From an uncultured Candidatus Saccharibacteria bacterium (GTDB taxonomy: Bacteria; Patescibacteriota; Saccharimonadia; Saccharimonadales; Saccharimonadaceae): a stretch of DNA of 42,968 nucleotides. The first letter of the stretch is position 1. Each line of letters begins with the position of its first letter. The notes under the pieces were generated by a model that was given only the letters and a program-made list of their open reading frames with translations, was not told the DNA's origin and did no database searches. The stretch spans positions 1-42,968 of the forward strand of contig CAYMCF010000001.1 in assembly GCA_964388975.1 (NCBI GenBank), given 5' to 3'. The translations under genes and the position numbers were made by a program. Below, in pieces: positions 10,068 through 19,282 of this stretch.

Positions 10068-13039
10068 TGGCCGAACGCGAACCTTGGGAGAGGCAGAACA
10101 ATCCCGAACCTTGGGAGAGACCGGATAAACCGGCCCCTTGGTTGAGCAGAAAAAAAGAAACTGACCCTTGGGATCAACCAGATGACTCTACCTCCAGAGA
10201 AGCAAAACCAGATTCGCAAGCTATACAAGATCTCCGCAGTGCCGAGCAAAATGCCGTATCACCACGCCGCGAATTCCGACGCGACGGCCAGGAAAATAAT
10301 GGTAAATCTTTCTACACTGGCAAAGGCAAGGAAGCTACTACTAAGAACAAACGCAGTCTAAAGGGCAAGCTCAAAGGCAAAGGTGCGATTATCACGATCG
10401 TGATGGTGTTAGCCGGAATGGGTACTTTCTTGGGCGCTTCTAACTCCTTGTTGGCACCAGCTCTTGAAGCTTTGTTTACTAATGCTACTGACACGCAATA
10501 CGCTAGCTCGGTAATGCGCTCCTCTTTCTTGATGAAATATTATCTTGGTACGGACAAACCCACCACTACTAACTGGCGCGGTGCTACCGTTTACGGTAAG
10601 ATGTCTAGCTCCTTCCAAAAACGCTTATCTAGGCAGGGAATCGAGATTGAAGGTGGCGGCAGCAACAAAACTATGGTTTTTACCACTAAGAACGATGCTG
10701 GCGAGGATGTGGTTTCACGCATTAGTGCGGGGGAATTTGAGTCTAAATTCCTGAACGATGTAGATTTTCGCGACTCCTACATGAAGGCTAAACGCGGGCG
10801 CATCGGCAACTTCTTTGATAATGTGGCCAACAAAATCTACGGCAAACTCGGCCTCAGCCGCAACTTGTTTGCTAATTACCAACAAAAGAATGATCTAGAC
10901 GCTGATACTCAGGCCTTCAAAGATACTATGTCACCCAAGTTTGAGGGCAATAAAACCACCATGAACGTCACCAACAAAGAAGAATACGAAGTCCCCAAAT
11001 ACGATGCCGACGGCAACCCGGTCGGTCATTACGACCGCAATGGCAACTTTATCCAAGATATGGAAATAGTCACCGAGTATAAGCCATCCAGTGAAACTGC
11101 CACTAGCACTGGCAGTAGCATAGATGGAGCCGAAGCTGGTGCTAAAAAGATGCTCGACGAAGTAGCTGGCAAAGTTGGTACATTTGGTGGCTGGGCCTGT
11201 AACATCCTCCGAGTAGGTAATATGATTTCTATGATGGTAGCCGCTAACGAAATATACCAGTCCATTAACTATTTCATGGGGCAGATGGAAAATGTCAGTA
11301 AGATGAAGGCTGGCTACGGTGACGAATCAGCCATTCATAGCGTACTAAACTTTTTAACCACTCCCGCTGAAACTAGTACTACTAATCTCGGTGAGCTCAA
11401 AGTAAACATGGGCTCCAGTGTCGAAGCGGAGGCTCTGAATCAAAATGGCGCACCCGTTGAGTCCGAAGGCATGCTGATGGTGCTAGCCGGCAAACAGCCG
11501 AATACTCAGAATACTAAAGTTTATTCTTTAGAAAGAGTGGGCAGCTCGCTCTTTTCTGCTATTGCCATGAACAAATATACTGCTCTGGGCTGTGCCGGAA
11601 TTGATATCGCCACAGGCACTATTGAGCTGGCTAGCAGCCTGCTTGCAATCAGCGCCTCGGTCGCTACCGGCGGATTATCAACCGTTGTAGTAAGCGTACT
11701 GCAAAAGTTTAAAGATATTGCCCTGGGCGCCATGCTTAGCATTGCCGTATCAGTAGCCCTAGGCTTTCTTATCCCCACGATTGCCCAAGTTTTCTTCACG
11801 AATGTTTTTGACACTCTTGCCGGCATTCCGGCTGGAGAGATGTTTACTAAAGGGGCTTCAGCCGCCAATACTACTGTTGGTCGCAAAGGTAGTGGTCAAT
11901 CCATCTCCTCTAAGGAAGCTGTTGTCGAGTACAACAAAATGAACAACACCGTATTAGCCCTAGACGCCGAGATTGACCGCCATAATCTCAGCCCCTTCGA
12001 CACCACCAACCAAAACACTTTCTTCGGTAGTATCGCTTATAGCCTATTGCCTACCATGATTTCTTCAAAAACCACCAGCATATCTTCGTTCCTGCGTACA
12101 GCAGCTAGGTCTCTTTCTTCACTTACTAGCAAAGTTAGTGCCGACGGGGAAGGTTCCTCTTACATGACCACTTTTAGTGAGACTTGTCTAAACTTAGATA
12201 ACATTGAAGCCGCCGGAGATATTTATTGCAATCCAATTCCAACTACCGACGTCGACACTATTGAGCTTACTCCAGACGACCCCGCCTACCAAAAAGCAAT
12301 TAATGATTCCCAGGAAGGTTGCAACGAAGATGGCAGTGGTTGTCAGATTGTCGATGATTCTGACCTAGCTAGATATATCACTTATTGCGATGGGCGTGAA
12401 TCCCCCTTCGGCGCCATTGACCAAAATATTCTCGCCCAAATGCAGCCTAGCGATGACCTAGGTACGTTAGGAACCGTCCTAAATAATATCCCGGTTATTG
12501 GCAGCATTATGAATATTGTTGATAGTGCCGCCGACCTCAAAAACTTAGATTGGGCTAACGGCCAGAAGTGTGGCAACACCAGTGTTAATAGCAAATTCTG
12601 GTCCGAAAAAGGTCAATATTACCAACGCTATGTCGAAGATATGCGTATTCTTGAAGACCGCGGGGCTTTTGAAGATGGGCAAAACCCTGTATTAGCCCTG
12701 GAAGAACGTTACGAAACCAAGCTTAACGAAAAATATTCTCAATACGACCCAATCGTAGCTTACTATTCTCGTATCGCTGGGTTAACTCCAGAGAATACCG
12801 AAATCGCCCTAGCCTTCTTGGAGTATTACGATTTTGTCGACCAATATGATGCCACTACCCGTATTGCTACCGAAGATGCCACAGTTACCAAAACTGGGGA
12901 AGAAATAGCCGCCGAAATGATGCAAGATGTAGTTAACTTTGCCGATGAAGAAAATATCGCTCGCCCAATCGAAGATAAAATTATCGCACACACCTATATT
13001 ATTTATGCAGATGTACGTAACCGGAGTTATGCGGCATGA
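10067..13039 (+). CDS. Large membrane-associated protein of the T4SS operon, function unknown
   Basis: 990 aa, translationally coupled on both sides; N-terminal TM, central hydrophobic hairpin, Cys-rich C-terminal half. Confidence 0.7.
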   Translation: MAEREPWERQNNPEPWERPDKPAPWLSRKKETDPWDQPDDSTSREAKPDSQAIQDLRSAEQNAVSPRREFRRDGQENNGKSFYTGKGKEATTKNKRSLKGKLKGKGAIITIVMVLAGMGTFLGASNSLLAPALEALFTNATDTQYASSVMRSSFLMKYYLGTDKPTTTNWRGATVYGKMSSSFQKRLSRQGIEIEGGGSNKTMVFTTKNDAGEDVVSRISAGEFESKFLNDVDFRDSYMKAKRGRIGNFFDNVANKIYGKLGLSRNLFANYQQKNDLDADTQAFKDTMSPKFEGNKTTMNVTNKEEYEVPKYDADGNPVGHYDRNGNFIQDMEIVTEYKPSSETATSTGSSIDGAEAGAKKMLDEVAGKVGTFGGWACNILRVGNMISMMVAANEIYQSINYFMGQMENVSKMKAGYGDESAIHSVLNFLTTPAETSTTNLGELKVNMGSSVEAEALNQNGAPVESEGMLMVLAGKQPNTQNTKVYSLERVGSSLFSAIAMNKYTALGCAGIDIATGTIELASSLLAISASVATGGLSTVVVSVLQKFKDIALGAMLSIAVSVALGFLIPTIAQVFFTNVFDTLAGIPAGEMFTKGASAANTTVGRKGSGQSISSKEAVVEYNKMNNTVLALDAEIDRHNLSPFDTTNQNTFFGSIAYSLLPTMISSKTTSISSFLRTAARSLSSLTSKVSADGEGSSYMTTFSETCLNLDNIEAAGDIYCNPIPTTDVDTIELTPDDPAYQKAINDSQEGCNEDGSGCQIVDDSDLARYITYCDGRESPFGAIDQNILAQMQPSDDLGTLGTVLNNIPVIGSIMNIVDSAADLKNLDWANGQKCGNTSVNSKFWSEKGQYYQRYVEDMRILEDRGAFEDGQNPVLALEERYETKLNEKYSQYDPIVAYYSRIAGLTPENTEIALAFLEYYDFVDQYDATTRIATEDATVTKTGEEIAAEMMQDVVNFADEENIARPIEDKIIAHTYIIYADVRNRSYAA

Positions 13040-14328
13040 TTAAGATAAAAAGATTTCACCTCTCATTAAAAGTTTTCTGGCAAAGTTTCTTGTGCCTGTT
13101 TTTAGCTATTATTTTAACCAGTTCGGCGCACGCAGCCCCACCGGATTCGGTGCTGGATGAGCTTTACGCAGTCGGCGCGCATTATTACAATCCGACCGGA
13201 AGTAACGCAAAAATTGGTTGCTATAGCGGCGACCTTACTATCGCTGGAAGCACCGCTGAAGAGAAAATTTGGTCTGGCTTAACTAGTTTTATGACTCCAG
13301 AGCAGGCCGCAGGGGTAATGGGTAATATGGCACATGAAGGCAATTATTTTAACCCATTGCAACATGAAGTGAGCCAAATGAATAAGTATTGGGGGTCTGG
13401 TTTTGATCTTGCTCATGATAGTTCGAAAGCTTACGGTTTAGGTTTAGCTCAGTGGTCTTTTGGGCGTCGCGTTGCTATGTTGCAAATGGTACAGCAACAA
13501 AACCCTTCACTCATGGAATACTTCACACATCCAGAAACTTATAGCGTTGGGTATAGCATTAATGGTAATAAACTTATAAGTATGATTGGTGAACAAGCAT
13601 ACGACGCATTAATTGCCGTTGAGCTAGAATATTTGCGCTATGAGCTGGAGACTTACAGGAGTAGCTATGGCGGGCTTTTCGACCAAACCACCGTACAAGG
13701 TGCAGCAGATTTTTTCTTAGACCGCTTTGAAAGACCAGCCAACCCAGAGCTATCTCGTGCAGTACGTCGAGCTGATGCTCAAAAGTATTATGATCAATTT
13801 AATGGTTCTATTTTAACACCATCAACCTCCGCTTGTATTGGAGGCAACTTAGACATTAATGCCACAGCATTAGAGCTAGCTTGGCCTACTCGTAATAATA
13901 CCCTAATAGCCACCCCTCAATATACCGCTGCCCTAGACGCCGTTGGTCTATCATCTTATGCTTACGATGAGTGGGTACGTATGGGAGCAAGTTGCGATGC
14001 GTTCGTAGCAACAGTCATGCGTTATTCTGGTGTAGATCCAGATTTCTACTGTTGCGGCGTCGGTAATAGTAGCCGCGGAATTTACCAGTATCTTATCAGT
14101 CATCCCGAAAAATATCAGCTAATTGGTTACGGCGATGATACTTCTATAGTACAACCAGGGGATATTAGAATATATCAGAACCATCACATCGAACTAGTTG
14201 TTCAGCAATCGGATGGAACTTACGCCATCGCTTCCGCTTCACATGCAGAACGTACAGCCAGCGTTTCATCAGGTGTTTACGCGGATGGAAATTATGAAAT
14301 ATTTAGATTTATAGGAGGAACAAATTAA
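13036..14328 (+). CDS. Secreted two-domain peptidoglycan hydrolase: phage-tail-lysozyme-like plus NlpC/P60/CHAP-like domain (VirB1 role)
   Basis: Signal peptide; AAGVMGNMAHE, GLAQW, FLDRFERPA motifs; then SCDAFV...PGDI...HIELV Cys/His motif. Confidence 0.75.
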   Translation: MIKIKRFHLSLKVFWQSFLCLFLAIILTSSAHAAPPDSVLDELYAVGAHYYNPTGSNAKIGCYSGDLTIAGSTAEEKIWSGLTSFMTPEQAAGVMGNMAHEGNYFNPLQHEVSQMNKYWGSGFDLAHDSSKAYGLGLAQWSFGRRVAMLQMVQQQNPSLMEYFTHPETYSVGYSINGNKLISMIGEQAYDALIAVELEYLRYELETYRSSYGGLFDQTTVQGAADFFLDRFERPANPELSRAVRRADAQKYYDQFNGSILTPSTSACIGGNLDINATALELAWPTRNNTLIATPQYTAALDAVGLSSYAYDEWVRMGASCDAFVATVMRYSGVDPDFYCCGVGNSSRGIYQYLISHPEKYQLIGYGDDTSIVQPGDIRIYQNHHIELVVQQSDGTYAIASASHAERTASVSSGVYADGNYEIFRFIGGTN

Positions 14329-14330
14329 TT

Positions 14331-14981
14331 ATGCCCGACAAGAAAAGAGTGAACCCTTTTGCTATAGGTATTGCCGGAGTTGTCATACTAATCGTTATAG
14401 TTATTATTGTTTTTTTACTGAACTATAAAAAAACCGCACGCTTAAATACTATTATTGCTCCGTCGTTTGCTACTCTTACCATTAATAATAAACGATATAA
14501 GCCGAATCAAGAGCTTAGCTTTGAGCCCGGCGAACTAAACATTAAAATATCGGCCGACGGCTTCCAGGATAAGGAAGTTAGTGTGACGCTAACTGATAAT
14601 AATACAACCAACGTTGCCGAATATTTAATACCAAATGACGGTGATATATCTTGGTATGAAAATAATCCTAAAGAGTCTAGCCTCTTTGCTACGGTTACCG
14701 ACGCTCAAGCTTCACAAACTGCTGAGGATTATTACAAGGAATACCCGATTAGCGAAATCCTTCCGTATTCTTTTGCAGACATAGTGGATGATTTTCCAAT
14801 TAATTATCGCATAGATGGTGGTAAATTTAACGGATGTGAATCAGACTATTGTATTAAAATTAGTGACAAAAGTGGCTATAGCTACGAATACGCCTTAAAT
14901 TACATCCAAGAAAATGGCTACGATTCAAATAAATATCAAATAATCTACGAAGTAGTTGGATATTCTTGGGACGACAAGTAA
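14331..14981 (+). CDS. Single-pass membrane protein with PEGA-like beta domain
   Basis: N-terminal TM; P..ATLTINN...PGELNIKISADGF pattern. Confidence 0.6.
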   Translation: MPDKKRVNPFAIGIAGVVILIVIVIIVFLLNYKKTARLNTIIAPSFATLTINNKRYKPNQELSFEPGELNIKISADGFQDKEVSVTLTDNNTTNVAEYLIPNDGDISWYENNPKESSLFATVTDAQASQTAEDYYKEYPISEILPYSFADIVDDFPINYRIDGGKFNGCESDYCIKISDKSGYSYEYALNYIQENGYDSNKYQIIYEVVGYSWDDK

Positions 14982-15047
14982 GAAACCGAACATCCTACTA
15001 AAAACCGAACGTATTATATAATATATACAAGTCTATGCAACCATAGG

Positions 15048-15154
15048 TTTTCCACCGGCGTGGAAAAGTCCTGCTACATGTTTGTACAAAATTTCACCAA
15101 CCAAAACTATTTACCTAAAAGTTTTTCGCACCATGTGTAAAACTTATTTTCACA
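15048..15154. promoter_or_regulatory. DnaA-box cluster between the T4SS operon and recF
   Basis: TTTTCCACC 15048, CGTGGAAAA 15059, TGTACAAAA 15083, TTTTTCGCA 15122, TGTGTAAAA 15134 (perfect TTWTNCACA on the - strand), ATTTTCACA 15146. Confidence 0.6.
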
Positions 15155-15174
15155 AAACCGAACAAGTTTTTAGA

Positions 15175-15300
15175 TCTTATCTCGTAAATATATTTCTCTT
15201 GGAGTGTCCGGAGGTTACGACCGAGGATTAAGTGCGCGAGACCCGTAACGACGGGTTCGAGCGATACGTCTCCAAGAAAAATGGTATTTATGAGATAAGA
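15175..15300. repeat. 126-nt palindromic structured element (long closing stem plus two internal hairpins)
   Basis: Arms 15175-15204 and 15270-15300 are near-perfect complements; internal hairpins at 15207-15227 and 15235-15263. Confidence 0.8.
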
Positions 15301-15333
15301 CTTATTTAAGGCTTTTCGTAGAAGTTATTTAAC

Positions 15334-16359
15334 TTAGCTTTTCTTCAATAAAACTTTACTCCCCAGCCCCTCTTGCCCAGACACCGAGGTTAGAATAATT
15401 TGATGATCTTGAAAGTTCTTCACTAAGCATTTTTGCCGCGTATCATCCAACTCCGAGAAAACATCATCTAATAGCACCACCGGTTTTTTGCCTAAAGTTG
15501 CTTCTATTAAATTTGCTTCAATAAATTTTAGCGCCAATACGCTCGAGCGCACTTCGCCGCGGCTAGCCGAACCATCCGCCTTCACTTTATTAAAAATAAA
15601 CTCAAAATTATCGTGGTGTACTCCAAAACTAGTGTGCCCCAGCAGGGAATCGCGCGCGAAATTTCGCTCTAGCTGAGCTAGAAAATCGCTTTCCGAGCTA
15701 ATTTCGGTAGTATATTCTAAGGCTACTTCGTCGGTATTTTCAGCAATTGAGCGATAAACCTCCGTAAAAAGCTGATTAATCTTTTCCACATTAGTACGTC
15801 GCGCCGCCATTAGCTCCACGCCATGTTTTACTAAAAGTATATCCCAGGAAAATAAATCTTCCGGCCGCACCATTTCTGATTTTAGAAGCTCATTGCGCTG
15901 TTTCAGAGCTTTGTTATAACGCGCCAAGCTTACACTATAGCTCTCTGATAGCTGCCCTAGCATCCGGTCGAAATAGTTACGCCGACTAGTCGGGCTAGAT
16001 CCTACTAAATGCAAATCATCCGGCTCGAACAGCACAATTGGATATTGGGATTTTTTCGGCAACCGTCGCGACTTTTTATCCTCAGTGGAGAACTCTTTCT
16101 TTTGCCCATCAAACACCGCGATAGTTTTCCGACCATCCTCATAATCTAGCTCTACCCGATAAAATTCCGCACCCCGTCGCAAGATTTCTTTATCTACCGC
16201 CCGAAAACTTTTCCCCCGCAAAGCTTCGTAAATCGCTTCGAGTACCGAAGTTTTTCCACAGCCATTTTCTCCAATAATAGTGGTAGTGTGCGGATCAAGT
16301 GCCAGCGCGAAACTTTCATGACTACGAAAGTTTGCTAGTTTAATATTTTTTATAATCAT
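15334..16359 (-). CDS. recF: DNA replication and repair protein RecF
   Basis: MIIKNIKLANFRS start, Walker A GENGCGKTS, ASRGE signature, VLLDDVFSELD; follows dnaN. Confidence 0.93.
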   Translation of the reverse strand: MIIKNIKLANFRSHESFALALDPHTTTIIGENGCGKTSVLEAIYEALRGKSFRAVDKEILRRGAEFYRVELDYEDGRKTIAVFDGQKKEFSTEDKKSRRLPKKSQYPIVLFEPDDLHLVGSSPTSRRNYFDRMLGQLSESYSVSLARYNKALKQRNELLKSEMVRPEDLFSWDILLVKHGVELMAARRTNVEKINQLFTEVYRSIAENTDEVALEYTTEISSESDFLAQLERNFARDSLLGHTSFGVHHDNFEFIFNKVKADGSASRGEVRSSVLALKFIEANLIEATLGKKPVVLLDDVFSELDDTRQKCLVKNFQDHQIILTSVSGQEGLGSKVLLKKS

Positions 16360-16435
16360 AACTATATCTGCCAAATTTAATGGAGTGCTCCGGATAGCCA
16401 AAAGCAAATAAGTTTTCTAAAACCTAACATTTTCT

Positions 16436-17542
16436 TTAACTCTTCAACGGCATTACAATATGGATATAATTATCCACCCCATCAGCTTTAATTACTACCG
16501 GATCTAGCTTATTAGAAAAACCTAAGTGAACTTTATCCCCACCAAGAGCATTAATAGCGTCCAGCAAAAAGCGCGAATTAAGGGTCACTTTACCATCAAG
16601 CTCCACTTCGGTGCTAATTTCTGAGCTATTCTCGCCCAGCTCATTAGCTACCGAGGCAATAGCAAAGACTTTCTTCTCAGCATTAGTACTACATACTACC
16701 GACCCACCTACTTCGCGCGCAAATAAGGCGGCTAGTTTGGTTACGCGTACGAGCTCGCTTTTTTCCAGCTCCACTGCAATCTCGGTCTGCTTAGGGATGA
16801 GCTGGCGGTAATCCGGAAAAGATCCATCTACTAATTTAGAGGTCACCTCTATCGTACCCAGCCGAAAACGCACCTGTGTCTCATCAAACAAGATTTCCAC
16901 CGTTTCCACATCTTCACTGAGTGACCGCATCACTTCTTGCAGGGAACTGGATGGCACAATGGCCGCCACTTCCGCTGCAGTTTTTTGCACCAAGCGCCGC
17001 TCGGCTAGGCGGTAGCCATCCGTTGCCGCCACGTAAAGGTTGCCTTCAAAAGTATTAAAATATACTCCAGTTAAGGCTGGCCGCGTCATGTCATTACTAG
17101 CGGCCATCATGACTTGCCCTAGGCCTACCTTAAAATCTTCTACGCTCACAGAAAACTGAACCGTCTTCTCAGTCTCCATGCCAGGTAGCTCTGGGAAATC
17201 GTCCGCCAAAGCTCCGTTAATAGTAGATTTGCAGCTTCCTGCCACTACTTCTACTCTAGCGCCATCGGCCATAATCGAAACTTGTTCACCACGCGGTAAA
17301 TTACTTACAAATTCGGCAATTAAGCGTGCTGGTACGGTTATTACCCCATTTTTACTATCGGCTACCACTAAGGAACTCATAACTGCCATATCGAGATTGG
17401 TGGTAGTGAAACTTACTTTACCGTCATCCACTCGAATTAAAACATTATTGAGAATAGGTAAGGTAGCGCGAGCTCCGGCTGCTACCCTACTTACACTATT
17501 TAAGGCTTTAGCTAACTTTTCTTGTGCAATCTTGATTTCCAT
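16436..17542 (-). CDS. dnaN: DNA polymerase III beta sliding clamp
   Basis: LPILNNV, RPALTGV, ATDGYRLA, GSFPDYRQLIP, IVMPLK motifs; AAGGAG SD. Confidence 0.97.
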   Translation of the reverse strand: MEIKIAQEKLAKALNSVSRVAAGARATLPILNNVLIRVDDGKVSFTTTNLDMAVMSSLVVADSKNGVITVPARLIAEFVSNLPRGEQVSIMADGARVEVVAGSCKSTINGALADDFPELPGMETEKTVQFSVSVEDFKVGLGQVMMAASNDMTRPALTGVYFNTFEGNLYVAATDGYRLAERRLVQKTAAEVAAIVPSSSLQEVMRSLSEDVETVEILFDETQVRFRLGTIEVTSKLVDGSFPDYRQLIPKQTEIAVELEKSELVRVTKLAALFAREVGGSVVCSTNAEKKVFAIASVANELGENSSEISTEVELDGKVTLNSRFLLDAINALGGDKVHLGFSNKLDPVVIKADGVDNYIHIVMPLKS

Positions 17543-17559
17543 ATAGCTCCTTTAAATGT

Positions 17560-17880
17560 CTTTCCTATAAATATTTAGTAGTAATAGTAGTAAGGTCTGT
17601 GGAAAGTGTGTAAAAGTAGGTTTTTAATCTGTAAACTTGTGTGCAAAAGCAGTAGTAAAACTTTTCCACTGTGCTGTGGGAAACAGTAAGTTTTGCGCGG
17701 CTTTTTGTGTAAAACTTAGCTTTCCACAACTTGCGAAAATCTTTTCCACGCGTTTCCCACAAACTTTTGCGCAAAGTTGTACACAAGTTTTGCACAAGTA
17801 GTGAAAAACCGAAAGCAGTAAAGAAGTGTTTGTACACAAAATTTATCCAAGCCCAGATTTTATTCCATGAGTTTTCCACT
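17560..17880. other. oriC, dnaA-dnaN intergenic part, with DnaA boxes and DnaA-trio unwinding site
   Basis: At least 12 perfect or near TTWTNCACA boxes (e.g. 17598, 17607, 17640, 17662, 17675, 17706, 17720, 17742, 17753, 17777, 17788, 17830, 17872); trios TAGTAGTAATAGTAGTAA 17576-17593; adjacent AT-rich tract. Confidence 0.92.
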
Positions 17881-19251
17881 TTAGCCATAAATTTGCTCCT
17901 TAATGGCACTAATTTGATCACGTAAGTTAAAATTGAGCTTCAGATCACCTTCAATTTTCTTAATGCCATGCATGACGGTGGTATGATCCTTTACGCCTAC
18001 TTCTAGAGCAATCTTTGGTGTGCTCATGCTGAGCTCTTTCGATAAAATATACATAGTCACTTGGCGGGCATTTTTAATATGCGCGACACGTTTTTTACTA
18101 CACATTTCTTTCGGGGTGAGCTGATAAAATTTAGCTACTTTTTCTACTACTTGCTTAGGAGAAACAGTCTTAGTGCGGGAACTATTGGCAGTATTTACGT
18201 AACCTTCATTAATTACTTCAAGTGGAGTCATGTTTTTAAAATCCGCCACTGCTAGGATATGGTTAAGTTCTCCTTCGAGTGCGCGAATATTAGTTTTGAC
18301 ATTATCAGCAATATATTCAATCGCTTCGTCTTCGATGTCGGCACCACGAAACTCTGCCATAGAGCGCAAAATTGCGCAACGGTCTTCAAACTGCGGCATT
18401 TGTAAGTCGAACTCACCGGATTGCGAGAGGCGTGAGGCCAGACGTTCGTCGACAGATTTAATTTGGTCTGGCAAGCGGTCAGAAGTGACGATGATTTGTT
18501 TATCGTGTTGAGTAAGCTCATTAAAAATATCAAAGAACTCGGCTTGCGAAGCGTCTTTGTTCATAATCATTTGAAAATCATCAATAATCAGAACATCCAG
18601 CTTGCGGAACTTTTGTCGAAACTCATCACTTTTTTTAGTTTGTAGACTTTTGATGAAGTCGGAATAAAAACTGGAAATTGGCGTGTAGAGAACTTTCATC
18701 TGAGGATTGCGGCTCAAAATCTCATTACCAATCGCTTGCACGAGATGAGTTTTACCAAGACCAGGGCCACCGTAGAGGAAAAATGGGTTATAGCGGGTGC
18801 CAGGATGATCGATCACATTGCGTGCCACGCTTACTGCTAGATCATTATTGGAGCCAATTACAAAATTGTCTAGAGTGTAGCGTGAGTTAAGCCCGGTCTG
18901 CAGGGAGCCGTTGACGGGCGCGCTAGTGCGGTAATTAGGAGTTAGGCTAGCTAAGGCCTGCGGGGAAGCAGCTTCGGCGCGCGGTGTACGCGGGTGGCGC
19001 TTAGCTTTTTCTTTGGAGATGACATTAAAAACTAATTCTTTAACCTCAATGTCATTTTTGAGGAAAGCGGCTTTAATTTTGTCGGCGTATTTGGCTTGAA
19101 GCTGAGTAAGTTTAAAGACATTTGGGGCACCGATAGTAACGACACCGTCTTCAATAGAAGTTAACTCGGCACCGGTAAACCAAGTCGAGAAAGGGCCACT
19201 TTGGACAGTTTTTTCTATCTCCGCTAGGACTTTTTCCCACACGTCCAACAT
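17881..19251 (-). CDS. dnaA: Chromosomal replication initiator DnaA
   Basis: YNPFFLYGGPGLGKTHL, LIIDD, TSDR, RLASRL, KDHTTVMHG; start placed at ATG 19251 after AGGAGG (the ORF-track ATG overlaps the -10 element). Confidence 0.98.
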   Translation of the reverse strand: MLDVWEKVLAEIEKTVQSGPFSTWFTGAELTSIEDGVVTIGAPNVFKLTQLQAKYADKIKAAFLKNDIEVKELVFNVISKEKAKRHPRTPRAEAASPQALASLTPNYRTSAPVNGSLQTGLNSRYTLDNFVIGSNNDLAVSVARNVIDHPGTRYNPFFLYGGPGLGKTHLVQAIGNEILSRNPQMKVLYTPISSFYSDFIKSLQTKKSDEFRQKFRKLDVLIIDDFQMIMNKDASQAEFFDIFNELTQHDKQIIVTSDRLPDQIKSVDERLASRLSQSGEFDLQMPQFEDRCAILRSMAEFRGADIEDEAIEYIADNVKTNIRALEGELNHILAVADFKNMTPLEVINEGYVNTANSSRTKTVSPKQVVEKVAKFYQLTPKEMCSKKRVAHIKNARQVTMYILSKELSMSTPKIALEVGVKDHTTVMHGIKKIEGDLKLNFNLRDQISAIKEQIYG

Positions 19252-19282
19252 TACCCTCTGTGACCTCCTTCCTATTAGGTAC

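Noticed and set aside
13036-13039. TGA recoding (code 25, as in Gracilibacteria)
   Set aside because: TGA acts as a stop in ATGA overlaps at 13036-13039 and 31122-31125, and long genes are intact under code 11
261-14981. Integrative conjugative element
   Set aside because: No integrase, relaxase, coupling protein or att repeats visible; the context is core chromosome
15241-15256. Group I intron P7-like CCGTAACGAC or group II intron domain V
   Set aside because: No interrupted gene or other core elements; the motif sits in a perfect local hairpin
17565-17925. Three short ORFs between dnaN and dnaA
   Set aside because: They overlie the DnaA-box array of oriC and have no recognisable protein features
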